From IMG/VR virus record IMGVR_UViG_3300036766_002289, positions 248,001-312,000 of that record: a stretch of DNA of 64,000 bases; one strand, 5' to 3'. Below, piece by piece: positions 1 to 10,849 of the stretch. The notes under the pieces were generated by a model. The model had not been told where the DNA came from. It did no database searches and was given only the letters and a program-made list of their open reading frames with translations. Each line of letters opens with the position of its first letter. The stretch's first letter is position 1. The position numbers and the translations under genes are program-made.

Positions 1-372
1 ATCTGCAATTCCATCAACCGATACTTCCCCAGAGAAGGCTTTTGACGCCATTTTAGGTATTTTTGCAAAAGTTACGGTCGTCTTGGTTACTGGATTTGTC
101 TTGCATTTCTTTATTTAAGGGGATGTAATGACTGACGAACAAATTGATTTCTTGTACAAAGTTCTGAGTCTAACCAAGATGAAGGTATTTCTCAGGGATG
201 ATGGCGTGTTTATCCCCGTTACTGCCATTTCCATGAATTTCGTGGATAAGGATTCAGAGTTTGCCGAACCAGTTGCATGGTTGGGTGGTCTACCTGGCTC
301 GGGCCGTTGTGCTGCATTAAGTTGTGTTGAGCCTAGTGATTTCCAAATTATGAGTAGTGGGGAGTGTTTCTA

Positions 373-1332
373 ATGGGACTTAGTAACGAAGAACGCTATA
401 ACAAAATCATTTATAGCATCAATAATATCGTTGAACTTTCAGATTCCTTAAGCCAAGATACAGCTAAGCTTAAGAAGCTTGCTGGAAGTCTTTGGTATGC
501 TTTCCTGAAAAAGGATTCCAACGGGGCATTCTGGATTTTTGGGTCTGAACTTTCTAATGACTATATGCCAGCAGGTTCCCTTGTTGGGGCAGCTTTTGAG
601 GCCCATAAGCCACATAAAGAGGCTTTTGAAGCCGACAGTGAAGAAGACACGTATTACGATCATTATAAGGTTTTGAAGCACTTTGTTGATATTGAACAAT
701 TACTTGATAAGGAAAAGCGTGCAGTATTGCTGATTCATCTTCATACGCAGAATATCGCGTATGCCCTATGTCGATATAAAGATGAATTCATGGATAGGTT
801 TGAAGACCTGAATTTTCTCATTAGAACCATGCAGGGTGAATGCTTCAATTTAATGAAGGAAGACAATGATTATGTTCATGCCTGGATGCTGCATAATCTC
901 TGCGATAAAGTCTACACCATGAAGGAAGATGATATCGTAAATCAATGGTGGACCAATGATTGTAATTCCCACGATATCCGTATCCATCATGATAAGTTTG
1001 ATGAAGTGTTCAATCTTTTCAAGAAGTATCAGTTTCGCACGTTGACAGTGCAAGACCGTATTGACATAACTCTTGTCTTAATGGGTGCAAAATATGGTGA
1101 GTTTGAACACCAACACAAGAAGTTCGTTGAAACGGTAAATGCTTACAATGAAAAGCATGTCTCTCGCGGAGAAGACTCCGTTCCATTGGTTAATGTCCAA
1201 GCCATTGAAGATGCTTTCAAGGCTGGCAAGGAAGCAAAGGCTAAGAAATTGGATGAGCCTTATGAGCGTGAATGTAGTTTCACTCATAACTATGTTAATC
1301 GTAAGGGCGAAGTGGAGAATTACTTTGAATAA
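373..1332 (+). CDS. hypothetical protein (~319 aa)
   Basis: Long ORF whose ATG overlaps the upstream stop (TAATG at 371-375); no recognisable motif. Confidence 0.75.
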   Translation: MGLSNEERYNKIIYSINNIVELSDSLSQDTAKLKKLAGSLWYAFLKKDSNGAFWIFGSELSNDYMPAGSLVGAAFEAHKPHKEAFEADSEEDTYYDHYKVLKHFVDIEQLLDKEKRAVLLIHLHTQNIAYALCRYKDEFMDRFEDLNFLIRTMQGECFNLMKEDNDYVHAWMLHNLCDKVYTMKEDDIVNQWWTNDCNSHDIRIHHDKFDEVFNLFKKYQFRTLTVQDRIDITLVLMGAKYGEFEHQHKKFVETVNAYNEKHVSRGEDSVPLVNVQAIEDAFKAGKEAKAKKLDEPYERECSFTHNYVNRKGEVENYFE

Positions 1333-1801
1333 GTTACCAGCACAATTTGCTCATATTGGAGATGAAGCTGAATTTCAACAAACATTGATGAGCAATGCCG
1401 TTGTAATTTATGAATCGGTCAAGGAAAATCCAGGCATTAAACTCCTTGATGGGACGGATCATCTTACAGCTTTAACCTTCAGGCGGCTGGTCTATTAGAG
1501 GAAAAAGATAGTAAATGGTCCGTTACAGGCAGGGACGCTTTGCAAGTTGCCTATCCTAAAATTATGCCAATCCAAGGTGGTTTATACCATATTTGGTCAC
1601 GCAACTTTAATTTAGGCGTTTTTAGGAAAGGTAGATTCATAGGCATTCGTGAAAAGTTTGGTAGTATGCGTTTGGATTGTGAGCATAATTTTAATGTAAA
1701 GGAATTTCTTGAGCAATGTCCCACAGAAGTTCTAGAAAGCGCTCAATTCAATCTTGAGAACATAGCTTTATTTAATTGGTTGTCGCAGAAAGTAATTCAA
1801 T

Positions 1802-3154
1802 ATGGGAGCAAAATCCAATAAGATGAAGAAAAAGGAACTTCAAGAAAAGAAGTTCCGTTTAGAACAACAACAGGTGGTTCCACCCCCACCTGTTGTTCAT
1901 GTTTTTAAGACCAAAGTGCGTAATATCGCAAAAGCAATTGAAGAGATTTTTGCTGGCACGACTAAATTTGAGTATGGAGAGCAAAAACTACGTAATATTG
2001 CAAATGCTGTTTCATATGGGACTGGTCTTAAAAGAATTCTATTACACTTCCATGCCCAAAAAGTTGAATTTGCTGAAAAAGCGATTACTCTGGGGGCTGT
2101 TAATGCTGAAAAAATATCATTAAATGCATTAGCCAGTTTATCCAAACATTTGGGCCAAGCCATTCGTCCAATCGAAGACTGGAAATCCCCTAGCCACAAT
2201 ACCCATCGCTGTATTTCTAGTTTTGCACGGCATCTATATTGCAAATATCATGTTCCAGCATTCATGGATTATGCATGGTATGGACTTGACAGTATCAGCG
2301 ATTTACACCGTTCTTGGTTTATCCACATTGGACAAGGCCAAAATATCAGAACCGCACCAAGTCTTCCTGTCCCATTGACCAAAAGAGAAGCTCATTTCTT
2401 TCTACAATCACCCAAGGACTTTAGCCCACTGGAAGCCATTCGTTATGGTCAAATTGCCAATATGGGTGGTAATGAATCCTTTGTTCGGCAGATTCTTAAG
2501 ACTAGAATCTCTACTGATTTCAATAAAGATCGTGCTGCATTCTGGCAAAGTATATTCGTTTGGCTTATGGCCAATCCTATGTTAGATACCTGTCATTATG
2601 CACCCATTCTTGACTATATTCATAACCAAAAGTATGTTGGTTATAGACTTAATGACGAAGGGTTTATGATTGCACGTCAACCTAATTTTAGCATGAAAGG
2701 TCGTGATCCTGAAGCATTACTCCGTCAAGTAGAAATTTGGCATCGACAAACGGGTAAGGAAGGCCGTACTAATATTCCTAGCTGGTCTTCATGTGGACTT
2801 AAGGGCCTCTATCATAAGTCTGGTAAGGGCGGATTTGAGACTCTTCATACAATTCGTGAGATTTGTACTCAAAAGGAATTGGGCGAAGAAGGTCGTAAAA
2901 TGCACCATTGCGTTGGCTCATACGCTGGAAGTTGTGCCCGTGGGGATATCTCTATTTGGACTTATGAAGTCATGGACTCCGAAGGAACTAATAAGAAACT
3001 AACCTTAGAAGTAGATTGCCACAACAAATCATTGCCAAAGGTATTACGTCAAGCTCGTGGTAAATATAATGCAATGCCTACATCTAGTGATATGCACTTT
3101 GTCAATGTTTGGGTAAAAGAAGCTGGCTTAACTGTTTCCAAATACTTAATCTAA
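1802..3154 (+). CDS. PcfJ domain-containing protein
   Basis: C-terminal ELGEEGRKMHHCVGSY...SIW...LTLEV...QARGKYNAMP matches the PcfJ-like signature. Confidence 0.8.
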   Translation: MGAKSNKMKKKELQEKKFRLEQQQVVPPPPVVHVFKTKVRNIAKAIEEIFAGTTKFEYGEQKLRNIANAVSYGTGLKRILLHFHAQKVEFAEKAITLGAVNAEKISLNALASLSKHLGQAIRPIEDWKSPSHNTHRCISSFARHLYCKYHVPAFMDYAWYGLDSISDLHRSWFIHIGQGQNIRTAPSLPVPLTKREAHFFLQSPKDFSPLEAIRYGQIANMGGNESFVRQILKTRISTDFNKDRAAFWQSIFVWLMANPMLDTCHYAPILDYIHNQKYVGYRLNDEGFMIARQPNFSMKGRDPEALLRQVEIWHRQTGKEGRTNIPSWSSCGLKGLYHKSGKGGFETLHTIREICTQKELGEEGRKMHHCVGSYAGSCARGDISIWTYEVMDSEGTNKKLTLEVDCHNKSLPKVLRQARGKYNAMPTSSDMHFVNVWVKEAGLTVSKYLI

Positions 3155-4107
3155 ATAGTACCCAAATCCTTGACGTTTTGAGTGATATCAAATATGAATT
3201 GATTTGCCCTCTGCAAAGTTGCTGCTTGTTGTTCTGCCGCACTTGCAAGTAAAGACAAAGTTGATAATTCCTTGATTTTATACTTAATAGGCTCGTCATT
3301 CAGTATAGGAGAATAAGTTAGCCCTAAGTCTTTGCCCCGCATGTAGACTTCTCTGACAGCATTCATGGCTTGTTCTTCCGTTATGTCGTCCTTAAGCAGA
3401 TCAAACAAGTTTTTCCAGTGATGTTCAGTAGGAATTTTACCATTTTGTAATTTACCAGATTTATGCAGGGGATTGGCCAACTTAGAAAGCCAGTTTATAA
3501 GGATTTTTTTCTTTATTTGTTCTAGACTTCTAGCAGGAAAATGTGCTAAATGAACCGATGATATAAGTCCATATGGTGCAGGAATCATGTTTTCATAGTA
3601 TATCTCATGACCGCCTAAAGGAACGTGACTGCTAGGGTTTGTATATATCTTGTTTGGCACCAAGGCTTTATGTTGATTGGAGTCTATTGGAGTTAATTTA
3701 TATTTGATCCGTTTAAGGACGTTTAGTTCCTTTTTATCATCGGAGTTTTGTGGTAGATAATTGTGCCAGTTTATAAGGGAAACTTTGTCAGTCGGCAGAT
3801 TAATTAAGCTATCTTTGAAGTTGTCTGATATCAGGAATTCGTCAGCATCTATGAATGTGATGAAGTCAGCATCGACGTGTCGGATGAAATCATTGAATAC
3901 TTCAGCTTGTATGTGGCGTGATGATGAATTAGTGGAGATTTCTAGGTTATGGCCTTCTTGCTTTAATTGATGTAATATTTCTAGGGTATTATCTTGACTT
4001 AGATGGTCTACGATGTAGAGTTTGTCTAGGAATTTTAGATTATGTCTTATGAAGATTTCAATAATATCGGATTCGTTTTTAACTACGGATATTCCTACGC
4101 ATTTCAT
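3151..4107 (-). CDS. glycosyltransferase family 2 protein
   Basis: VVKNESDIIE...YIVDHLSQDNT...FIDADEFL (DxD motif) is a GT-A fold pattern. Confidence 0.85.
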   Translation of the reverse strand: MKCVGISVVKNESDIIEIFIRHNLKFLDKLYIVDHLSQDNTLEILHQLKQEGHNLEISTNSSSRHIQAEVFNDFIRHVDADFITFIDADEFLISDNFKDSLINLPTDKVSLINWHNYLPQNSDDKKELNVLKRIKYKLTPIDSNQHKALVPNKIYTNPSSHVPLGGHEIYYENMIPAPYGLISSVHLAHFPARSLEQIKKKILINWLSKLANPLHKSGKLQNGKIPTEHHWKNLFDLLKDDITEEQAMNAVREVYMRGKDLGLTYSPILNDEPIKYKIKELSTLSLLASAAEQQAATLQRANQFIFDITQNVKDLGTI

Positions 4108-4130
4108 TCGCCTCCTTGCGACAATTTTGT

Positions 4131-5168
4131 TTAACTAAAACATGGCAAACCGAGTGAGAATATCATGTCTAAAGTCGTGTCTACACCATTACCAGCAAAA
4201 GCTAATTTTGTTATGGGTAGATTTTTCAATACTTGTATGGAACCGCCTTTTAGTATTAATATTGCGGTTGGTGAGTCATTAATTTGTATACTTGCATCCT
4301 GAACACCTGTATTACTAATTTGAACAAAATTAGAAACGCAAGTATTGATAAAGTTAGTATCAAATGTGTCTGCACCTAAGACTGTATATCCAGTAAGTGC
4401 ATAAGGGGACTTGGTTTCCTCGACAATATCAATGAATCTTGTTTCGACTGGTTCTGTAAACCTGTCCCAATAGTCGCAATCTTGGAAGAGAAAGCCATCA
4501 GCGGTTTCACGATAAAGAAGGTTCTTTCCAGTATTTAACATGGTCCTTTGTTTACTAGGCTGCATTGGTTCGCCAGTTAATGGATTAAGGTCTAAATAAC
4601 CCTGCTGAGTAGGATAATTCAAAAGCACTTTGAATAGTTTGCAAAGTATATTTGGAGTCGGTGCCTGATAATAAACCGTGATCTTGACTGTATCTACATT
4701 AATAAGAGGAGATTGTGCGACTGTAACACGTCTTGCTTGTGGTGTAAAACTAAAGTTAGGATCGTTTACGTCGGCAGGAGCTAGAGCTAACCCCCATAGT
4801 TCATTAGGTCCGCCATAGGTTGATATTCCGAATGTGGTTGGCCATTTGATAGTAAAGTCAGATAAGTCGTCACCACCTATAGTAATTAGATTATCACCTA
4901 CTTGATTAGGGAGGGTAGACTTCTTTCTAACGTCTACTTGAATACCAACGATGGTGGCGGTGTCAGGGATGGTAAATCCACAATTACTAGCAATCAATAA
5001 ATCGGTTTGGGTATGTCCAGTTCCACCTATAGTAAATGCACAAGATGCCCCAACATTATCTTGTGCGTTAAGGTTTGCGGGATTGGCCCAGAAGCCACCT
5101 CTTGAAGCACCATTTATAATAATAGTAGTACCCATAGAAGGGTAGGCAATTTGTGAGAGCGTTGTCAT
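4131..5168 (-). CDS. putative virion-associated/tail-type protein
   Basis: Beta-rich Thr/Gly/Asn composition; GFTIPxxATIxGI...TYGG..LWG pattern of the kind seen in phage tail proteins; TAAATATAT box just upstream of the ATG. Confidence 0.45.
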   Translation of the reverse strand: MTTLSQIAYPSMGTTIIINGASRGGFWANPANLNAQDNVGASCAFTIGGTGHTQTDLLIASNCGFTIPDTATIVGIQVDVRKKSTLPNQVGDNLITIGGDDLSDFTIKWPTTFGISTYGGPNELWGLALAPADVNDPNFSFTPQARRVTVAQSPLINVDTVKITVYYQAPTPNILCKLFKVLLNYPTQQGYLDLNPLTGEPMQPSKQRTMLNTGKNLLYRETADGFLFQDCDYWDRFTEPVETRFIDIVEETKSPYALTGYTVLGADTFDTNFINTCVSNFVQISNTGVQDASIQINDSPTAILILKGGSIQVLKNLPITKLAFAGNGVDTTLDMIFSLGLPCFS

Positions 5169-5196
5169 GCATATATTTAGATGTGTTGCTTAAAAA

Positions 5197-5562
5197 TTAT
5201 TGTTGATAACGTTTCCAGCCTGGTTGATTACCGTATTGACCGAAAGCAAATGGAGCATTTTGGACATGTCCTGGGTTGCGTTCTGGACTCATTGCTCGCT
5301 TCCAACCTGCTATTTGTCTGGCAGCTGGCCGTTCTTGATTGTAAGTCTGGAGAGCATTAGCTAACGTAACTCCTTTAGCTTGTTTGAGTTGCGCAGCATA
5401 TTTTCTGACTTCGGGGTTTTGGTCATAAAGGTCTTTGAGTTCTTGGGGTAATTGCCAATATTCGTCGTCGTAATTTACTTTACTAAGATAATTGCCGACG
5501 CCCCTAATCATGTTTCCTAAGCCTTCATTTATGCAAAATTCTTTGAAACTGTCCATGAGCAT
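5197..5562 (-). CDS. putative internal head protein with capsid-targeting-like N-terminus (likely start 5556)
   Basis: MDSFKEFCINE resembles the T4 internal-protein capsid targeting sequence MKTYQEFIAE; TATATAT lies just upstream. Confidence 0.45.
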   Translation of the reverse strand: MLMDSFKEFCINEGLGNMIRGVGNYLSKVNYDDEYWQLPQELKDLYDQNPEVRKYAAQLKQAKGVTLANALQTYNQERPAARQIAGWKRAMSPERNPGHVQNAPFAFGQYGNQPGWKRYQQ

Positions 5563-5581
5563 ATATATGCGGGAAATCAGG

Positions 5582-5610
5582 TTTACAAACAGCTATTTTT
5601 GTAGTATGAT
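5582..5610 (+). promoter_or_regulatory. sigma70-type promoter
   Basis: TTTACA-17 nt-TATGAT, then an AAGGAG RBS and ATG 5635, at the divergence point of the two strands. Confidence 0.75.
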
Positions 5611-5634
5611 AGACTGTCATCTAAAGGAGATAAA

Positions 5635-5973
5635 ATGGACCGAGAAATTTACGAACGTGATTTGAAGCGACGCCAGTATGAACACCTTAAAAATGTAAAA
5701 AGGAATGTGCGGGAATGGCAACCTTGTGCGCATAACAGTTGCTCTGAATGTCACGGCACTGGCGTTAAAGCAAATGGAAGTGCATGTATTCACATGCTAC
5801 ATTGCAGTTGTCCTAAATGTTCACCATGTATGCTTTCGATGGGAACACAATTAAAACAGGTTGAAGAAGACTTTAACAATTATAGCAATTATATTTCTAG
5901 GCGAGGACCAAATGAAACCACACTACGCCATCAAGGAACACCAGCCACCTTTTCAAGCATTTTGGAACGGTAA
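5635..5973 (+). CDS. Cys-rich putative zinc-finger protein
   Basis: CSECHGTG and CSCPKC motifs; strong RBS. Confidence 0.7.
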   Translation: MDREIYERDLKRRQYEHLKNVKRNVREWQPCAHNSCSECHGTGVKANGSACIHMLHCSCPKCSPCMLSMGTQLKQVEEDFNNYSNYISRRGPNETTLRHQGTPATFSSILER

Positions 5974-6123
5974 TCGAGTAACCGTGACCCATGCCATCTT
6001 GACTTGGGACGGTAAAAATCGTAGTCAAGTGACTTTTAGTAATGGTGAGACTAAATTAGTTTCCACCAATCGTCTAAAATTTAGCGTTAAGGACTTATTT
6101 CCTTGGGATAAGGCGGAAGTCTA

Positions 6124-6462
6124 ATGGGACTTGGACGATTACCAGTTGGTACTCCAATTCGCCGTGTAACTGAGCAAGTTGCTGGCGGTGCAGAATTTGC
6201 CTGAAACCCACATTCATTTGGCCGCACGGTCAGTGTGCCAGAAAAAATGAGATTTGAGGTTATGGATGGCCCTTCAGGGATTTGCGTGGACCTTCATTGT
6301 AAGTGCATGACTTCTGGGCAAAAGCCTTGGAAGTTAGGCGTGTTGAAACCTTGGTATAAAGGCGAGTATGAAGTTCTGACCGAAAGGGAATTCCAGCTTC
6401 TTGCCCGTTATCACGATGAGACTTGTTGCCATGACCGACAAAGAACTAATTCAAAAACTTGA
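6124..6462 (+). CDS. hypothetical protein with in-frame TGA at 6202 (candidate selenoprotein or nonsense allele)
   Basis: ATG coupled by a TAATG overlap; same frame as ORF 6235-6462; SECIS-like hairpin at 6217-6242. Confidence 0.4.
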
Positions 6463-6546
6463 TGATGCACCTGATTACATTGCTAAATTATCTATATTAT
6501 TAGCTATCTTAATACTTGTAATATATGGCTGCGTGAAGAGGTTAAT

Positions 6547-7161
6547 ATGGAGATGACAGATATAGAATACTTTAGGGCCACTTATGGACTTAGGGAATGC
6601 GACGTTACGCTTATTCCTTATGGTTCAAGGGTATACGGTACGCATAATGATAAGTCAGACCATGATTTCATTGCCTTAGTCCCACCTAATCGGATGGTTG
6701 ACACAGGCACTGAATATCATTGGAATTCACTGAACGTCCATATTTACAATCGGTTTGCTTTTCAGAAACAATTAGAAAAGCATAAGGTTCATACTCTGGA
6801 AGCATATTACTTGGCTGATAGTTGTGTGCCAAAGGAATTTAAGTTTGAATTGAGTTTGCCTCTTCTTAGGGAGTCTATCGCAGAAAAGGCGTCTCATAGT
6901 TTTGTAAAGGCTAAGAAGAAGATTGAAAAGGAAAATGATTTTTATATCGGGTGGAAGTCATTGTTCCATTCACTAAGAATTTTGAATTTCGGTATTCAGA
7001 TTGCGAGTAAGGGTAAGATTTACGACTATTCGGCAGCGAATAATCATTGGTTTGAAATTAGGGATGCACAGCAATACAATTGGGATTACTTCAAGACTAA
7101 GTATCAACCTATTTACAATGAACTTGCTACTGAGTTCAGGAAGTTAGCTCCAAAGGAATAA
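6547..7161 (+). CDS. nucleotidyltransferase (pol-beta superfamily, RlaP/YcgL-like)
   Basis: YGSRVYGT...SDHDF is the GS-x-DxD catalytic signature. Confidence 0.8.
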   Translation: MEMTDIEYFRATYGLRECDVTLIPYGSRVYGTHNDKSDHDFIALVPPNRMVDTGTEYHWNSLNVHIYNRFAFQKQLEKHKVHTLEAYYLADSCVPKEFKFELSLPLLRESIAEKASHSFVKAKKKIEKENDFYIGWKSLFHSLRILNFGIQIASKGKIYDYSAANNHWFEIRDAQQYNWDYFKTKYQPIYNELATEFRKLAPKE

Positions 7162-7627
7162 AAATGGAAGATTCATTTAGTACAACCGCAATGTTAAGGA
7201 CTATTCTGTTGCATACAAAGGATGGTTTATGGACCGTCTTAAAACGGGGTGATAGTATTTGTATTGTTGATAATTATGGTCGTTGTCGGCACCAGAGTAA
7301 AGGGCACGCTGCAACTGCCGTATCCCTGGCGGGGATGCTTGCAGAACGACCCCTGGATCAAATTGAGAATGCGGATGGTGCGTTGTACTTGGCGGCAGAA
7401 AGATTTATTAAAGGAGAATAAAATGACTATTAACCGTCCTTCTTTAGAACGTCTGTTAAAGGCAGTCGATGAAGCTGTCCTTTACAAAACTGTGGGCAAA
7501 TTACAGGAATTGAGACAGATTAGGGAAGATTTCCGTATGGCAGAATTGGCATCATTGGTTACTGATGTTGTCGAAGCATTTGCACCTGAGAACATTAACC
7601 AAGTAGCATATCGAGGGCTATTCAGAG

Positions 7628-8038
7628 ATGATTACTAATCTTCTTAACCAAGATGTGATTTATGAAGACGTGACTTCCACGCGGGTCACTAGTGGCAAGG
7701 AATATAAAATTTGTGCTATTTATCAGTACGAAGATGAAGTTATGTTGGGTATTGTAGATGATGCAGGTAAGATGATTTTCGGAGTTGCTCCAGCCTTCGT
7801 AAGAATTAACAATAATCATAGTTATACGGTGTTCTTGTATTACAGTTTGAACAAGAAGATTATGGCAATTAAGGCTGCAAGAGAAATCACTGGTATTGAC
7901 CTTAAAGAAGCCAAAGACTTAGTTGAAGCACACCCAGAAGGGGTTAGGGTCAAAAAGAACTTAACTCACTCAGAGGCTAGAGAAGTATTAAACATTATTG
8001 AGGCCAATGGTTTAGAAGGCCGAATCGTTAAGGAGTAA
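7628..8038 (+). CDS. protein with C-terminal ribosomal protein bL12 (L7/L12) CTD
   Basis: KKIMAIKAAREITGIDLKEAKDLVE...VKKNL...EA closely matches the bL12 CTD; the N-terminal ~65 aa are unrelated. Confidence 0.85.
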   Translation: MITNLLNQDVIYEDVTSTRVTSGKEYKICAIYQYEDEVMLGIVDDAGKMIFGVAPAFVRINNNHSYTVFLYYSLNKKIMAIKAAREITGIDLKEAKDLVEAHPEGVRVKKNLTHSEAREVLNIIEANGLEGRIVKE

Positions 8039-8040
8039 AC

Positions 8041-8472
8041 ATGGATTGTCCCACATGTGGAAGTGATGAAAAAGACATGCCTTACGTAGGACATGGTGCC
8101 ACCATTGATGAATGGCAAAGATGCGATGAATGCGGTGATGTATTGTGTCCTGATTCATGGCACAAAATGGAAAAAGTGTATTGTCTTGTTTGCGATAAAG
8201 AATTGGACTATAACGCATGTCCGAGTCATCGTGGCGGCGTGAACGACGGTGGTTTTATGTTAGTTAGTTTCCACTATGGAAGTTGCCACGATCAATGTCA
8301 TGGTTTTCATGGAAGAAAATCCCATAGAGATGCGCCGCCTATGCATCCTTATACTAAACTGCTTACCTGCGATGAAATTGAAGCCTTTATTTGCGATAAT
8401 TGTTTTGAGAAAAAGTTTGACAAGATGAAGGGTTATGATATCGAAAAAAATGACAGAGTTAAAATAGTATAA
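8041..8472 (+). CDS. Cys/His-rich hypothetical protein
   Basis: Several CxxC motifs; AAGGAG RBS. Confidence 0.65.
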   Translation: MDCPTCGSDEKDMPYVGHGATIDEWQRCDECGDVLCPDSWHKMEKVYCLVCDKELDYNACPSHRGGVNDGGFMLVSFHYGSCHDQCHGFHGRKSHRDAPPMHPYTKLLTCDEIEAFICDNCFEKKFDKMKGYDIEKNDRVKIV

Positions 8473-8853
8473 ATTACTAAGGAATAAACATGGACTTATC
8501 ATTACAAATTACAGTATTAACTGTAGCGGGCCTGATTAGTGCCCTTTTAATAGGACTTGGTGCGTTTCTTGGCACAAGAGACGGCAACCCCGAACAAAAA
8601 GAGGCTAATAAGGTATTAGCTGGCCTATTTGGGTTCGCTGGTGTCGGCCTTCTAATATTCGCAATTGTAGTTGCAACAGGTTGGAAACCGCCCCGATAGC
8701 TTAGTTGTACCATCAGTGTCATGATTACCTACAAGCAAATCGAATGTTTACCACCAAATCATCCATTGGTCAAGCAGTATTACAGAGAACTGCAAGACTT
8801 TGAGATGTACGAAAAGCGTGTAGGTGACAATAATCCAGCGAACGGAGAAGAAG

Positions 8854-9478
8854 ATGCTACCCAAATGGCCCGCAATCCTGGTTGTCGGTAAGAAAGTTAC
8901 CGAACAGCAAGCTGCGCAAATTATTATTCGTACTTGTGGCATGTCTTTCTATACAAATGACCATAAGTACGAGAAGCAATTGTATGAAGCTGCTGGTATT
9001 AAGTTCAGCAAAGAACCTTTTCTTGACTATGACAGCGTAGATGCCGCCATTCTTAAGTATGGTTGCTGCAAGAAGCTTGATTATCTACAGAATCATCGCG
9101 TTGTTTCTAGCTGGATTGGTGGTTCTCATGGCTGGTGCGATTGGGACGGCAGCATTGGCTGCGATAATTATAATATCGGTAAATGGCCAAATGAAGAAGA
9201 AGTCTTGCAAGAATGGCAAACCATTGCCGAAGCCTTTCCTTATCTTGATCTTCGCTGCTCAATTAATGAGCGGTGAAAGTTGCGAAGAAAGCACGTATCC
9301 CCTTGTGGAATACAGTGTTAGCGAAGGGGAAGCGTTTATGTTTGAGCCTGGTGATAAGCTAATCGAACCAGTTGGGATTACTGATGAAGTCCTTTTGAAC
9401 AGGCTTAACAATCCATTGGCTGAACGTGGGTGTGATTTAGACCGATTTAAGTGGGCATTGAAAATTTGTGAGGTATAA
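8854..9478 (+). pseudogene. frameshifted hypothetical gene
   Basis: Removing one T near 9259 joins ...YLDLRC to QLMSGESCEE...; could be a sequencing error. Confidence 0.55.
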
Positions 9479-10115
9479 AATGTCTATTCAGTATGATGTA
9501 AAAAACAATCGCGTTAAGCACAAGCTTGATTATTTGTCCAACTATGACTTAGAAGGGGAGTTCGGCAAGGTAATTAAGTCCCTTGAAAAGAAATTTGAAG
9601 ACGAAAAGACTTATTATTCAACCGCCCGTAAGGTAAGTGAGACTAACTATAATGGCGGTGCTTATGCCGATGGTACCAGCACAAAAATGGTCACTTTTGA
9701 TAAGTTTTCTATTGAAATTGGCTATTTGGATGGCGACCATAAAGAACTCCAAATTTGGGGCGAACGTGATATCCTTCCCGAAGAGAATGAAGCCTTAATT
9801 AAAAAGGCACTTGAGGACAAGAAGAAGCATGATGAGTATAAGCGGGCACAGTATGAAGCATTAAAGAAGGAACTTGGCGAATGAATATTGAGAGTGGATT
9901 GCAGGTAATGGCAGACAAATACCCTAAGCACTTTGCAGATTTCATGAGTGAAGAAGATGATTGCGTTACTGCTGACGTTTTCCTTCAATGCTGTTTGTTT
10001 GGTGACATTATCTATGGCTAATTCCAAGGTTTGCAGAATAGTTATCCAAAGACTATTAAGCACAATCATTGTGCCAATTCTTGGCATAATTAGTTTTAAC
10101 ATGAGGTAAATTGTA

Positions 10116-10598
10116 GTGAGTGCGGATAAAGAAAGACGGCGAGAATATAACAGAAAATACTATTTAGATAACAAAAAAGAATTGGCGGTTAAAAAGCGAC
10201 AGCACTACCTGGCCAACCGAGAGTATTATGATGAAAAAACGCGGCAATGGAATAGGAATAATCCAGAAAAGCATCTAATAATCAGTAGACGGCAACGAAA
10301 AAAGTTAAGAGATAAATATGTTCCACGATTAGCTAAACTAGATGCAATCAAACTGAAATATGGCTGTTGTAATCCAGAATGTAAGTGGTGTGGGTCTTTT
10401 AAGTCGGTACAACTAGACTTTCATCATGTTGATCCTTCGACTAAGTTGTTTACTATTGGTGGTCGTAGGTTGGCTTTGGGTAATGATAAGATCGTGGCTG
10501 AAATAAACAAATGCACTGTCCTTTGTGCTGTTTGCCATAGAGATGTTGACAATTTGGATTGTAGCAAGTTTATAATTTGCACCGTTAGAGAATTTTAG
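10116..10598 (+). CDS. HNH homing endonuclease-like protein
   Basis: Basic helical N-terminus, CxxxxC, LDFHHVDP...EINKCTVLCAVCHR. Confidence 0.85.
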   Translation: MSADKERRREYNRKYYLDNKKELAVKKRQHYLANREYYDEKTRQWNRNNPEKHLIISRRQRKKLRDKYVPRLAKLDAIKLKYGCCNPECKWCGSFKSVQLDFHHVDPSTKLFTIGGRRLALGNDKIVAEINKCTVLCAVCHRDVDNLDCSKFIICTVREF

Positions 10599-10611
10599 CT
10601 TAGTTGTACCA

Positions 10612-10818
10612 TTAAGGGCACATCAAGTCTAACACGGCTGTAAAGCCAGCTAGGACTGATTTCCATTTTGCTGGAAAGAATGGGAATGCCGCTACCAATA
10701 CGATGATTGGTTTGGCCGCTTTGTAATATACACAAAGTTGGGCTGCTGGGTTTGCCGCATTGACTTGCGGGAGTGGTGCGAACGACGTAACGTGTTGGTC
10801 TACTGCTTCAAAATCCAT
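10612..10818 (-). CDS. small hypothetical protein (possibly membrane)
   Basis: AAGGAG RBS and TATATAAT upstream; hydrophobic C-terminal half. Confidence 0.65.
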   Translation of the reverse strand: MDFEAVDQHVTSFAPLPQVNAANPAAQLCVYYKAAKPIIVLVAAFPFFPAKWKSVLAGFTAVLDLMCP

Positions 10819-10849
10819 ATGAATCTCCTTTTGATTATATAGAAGCCAA

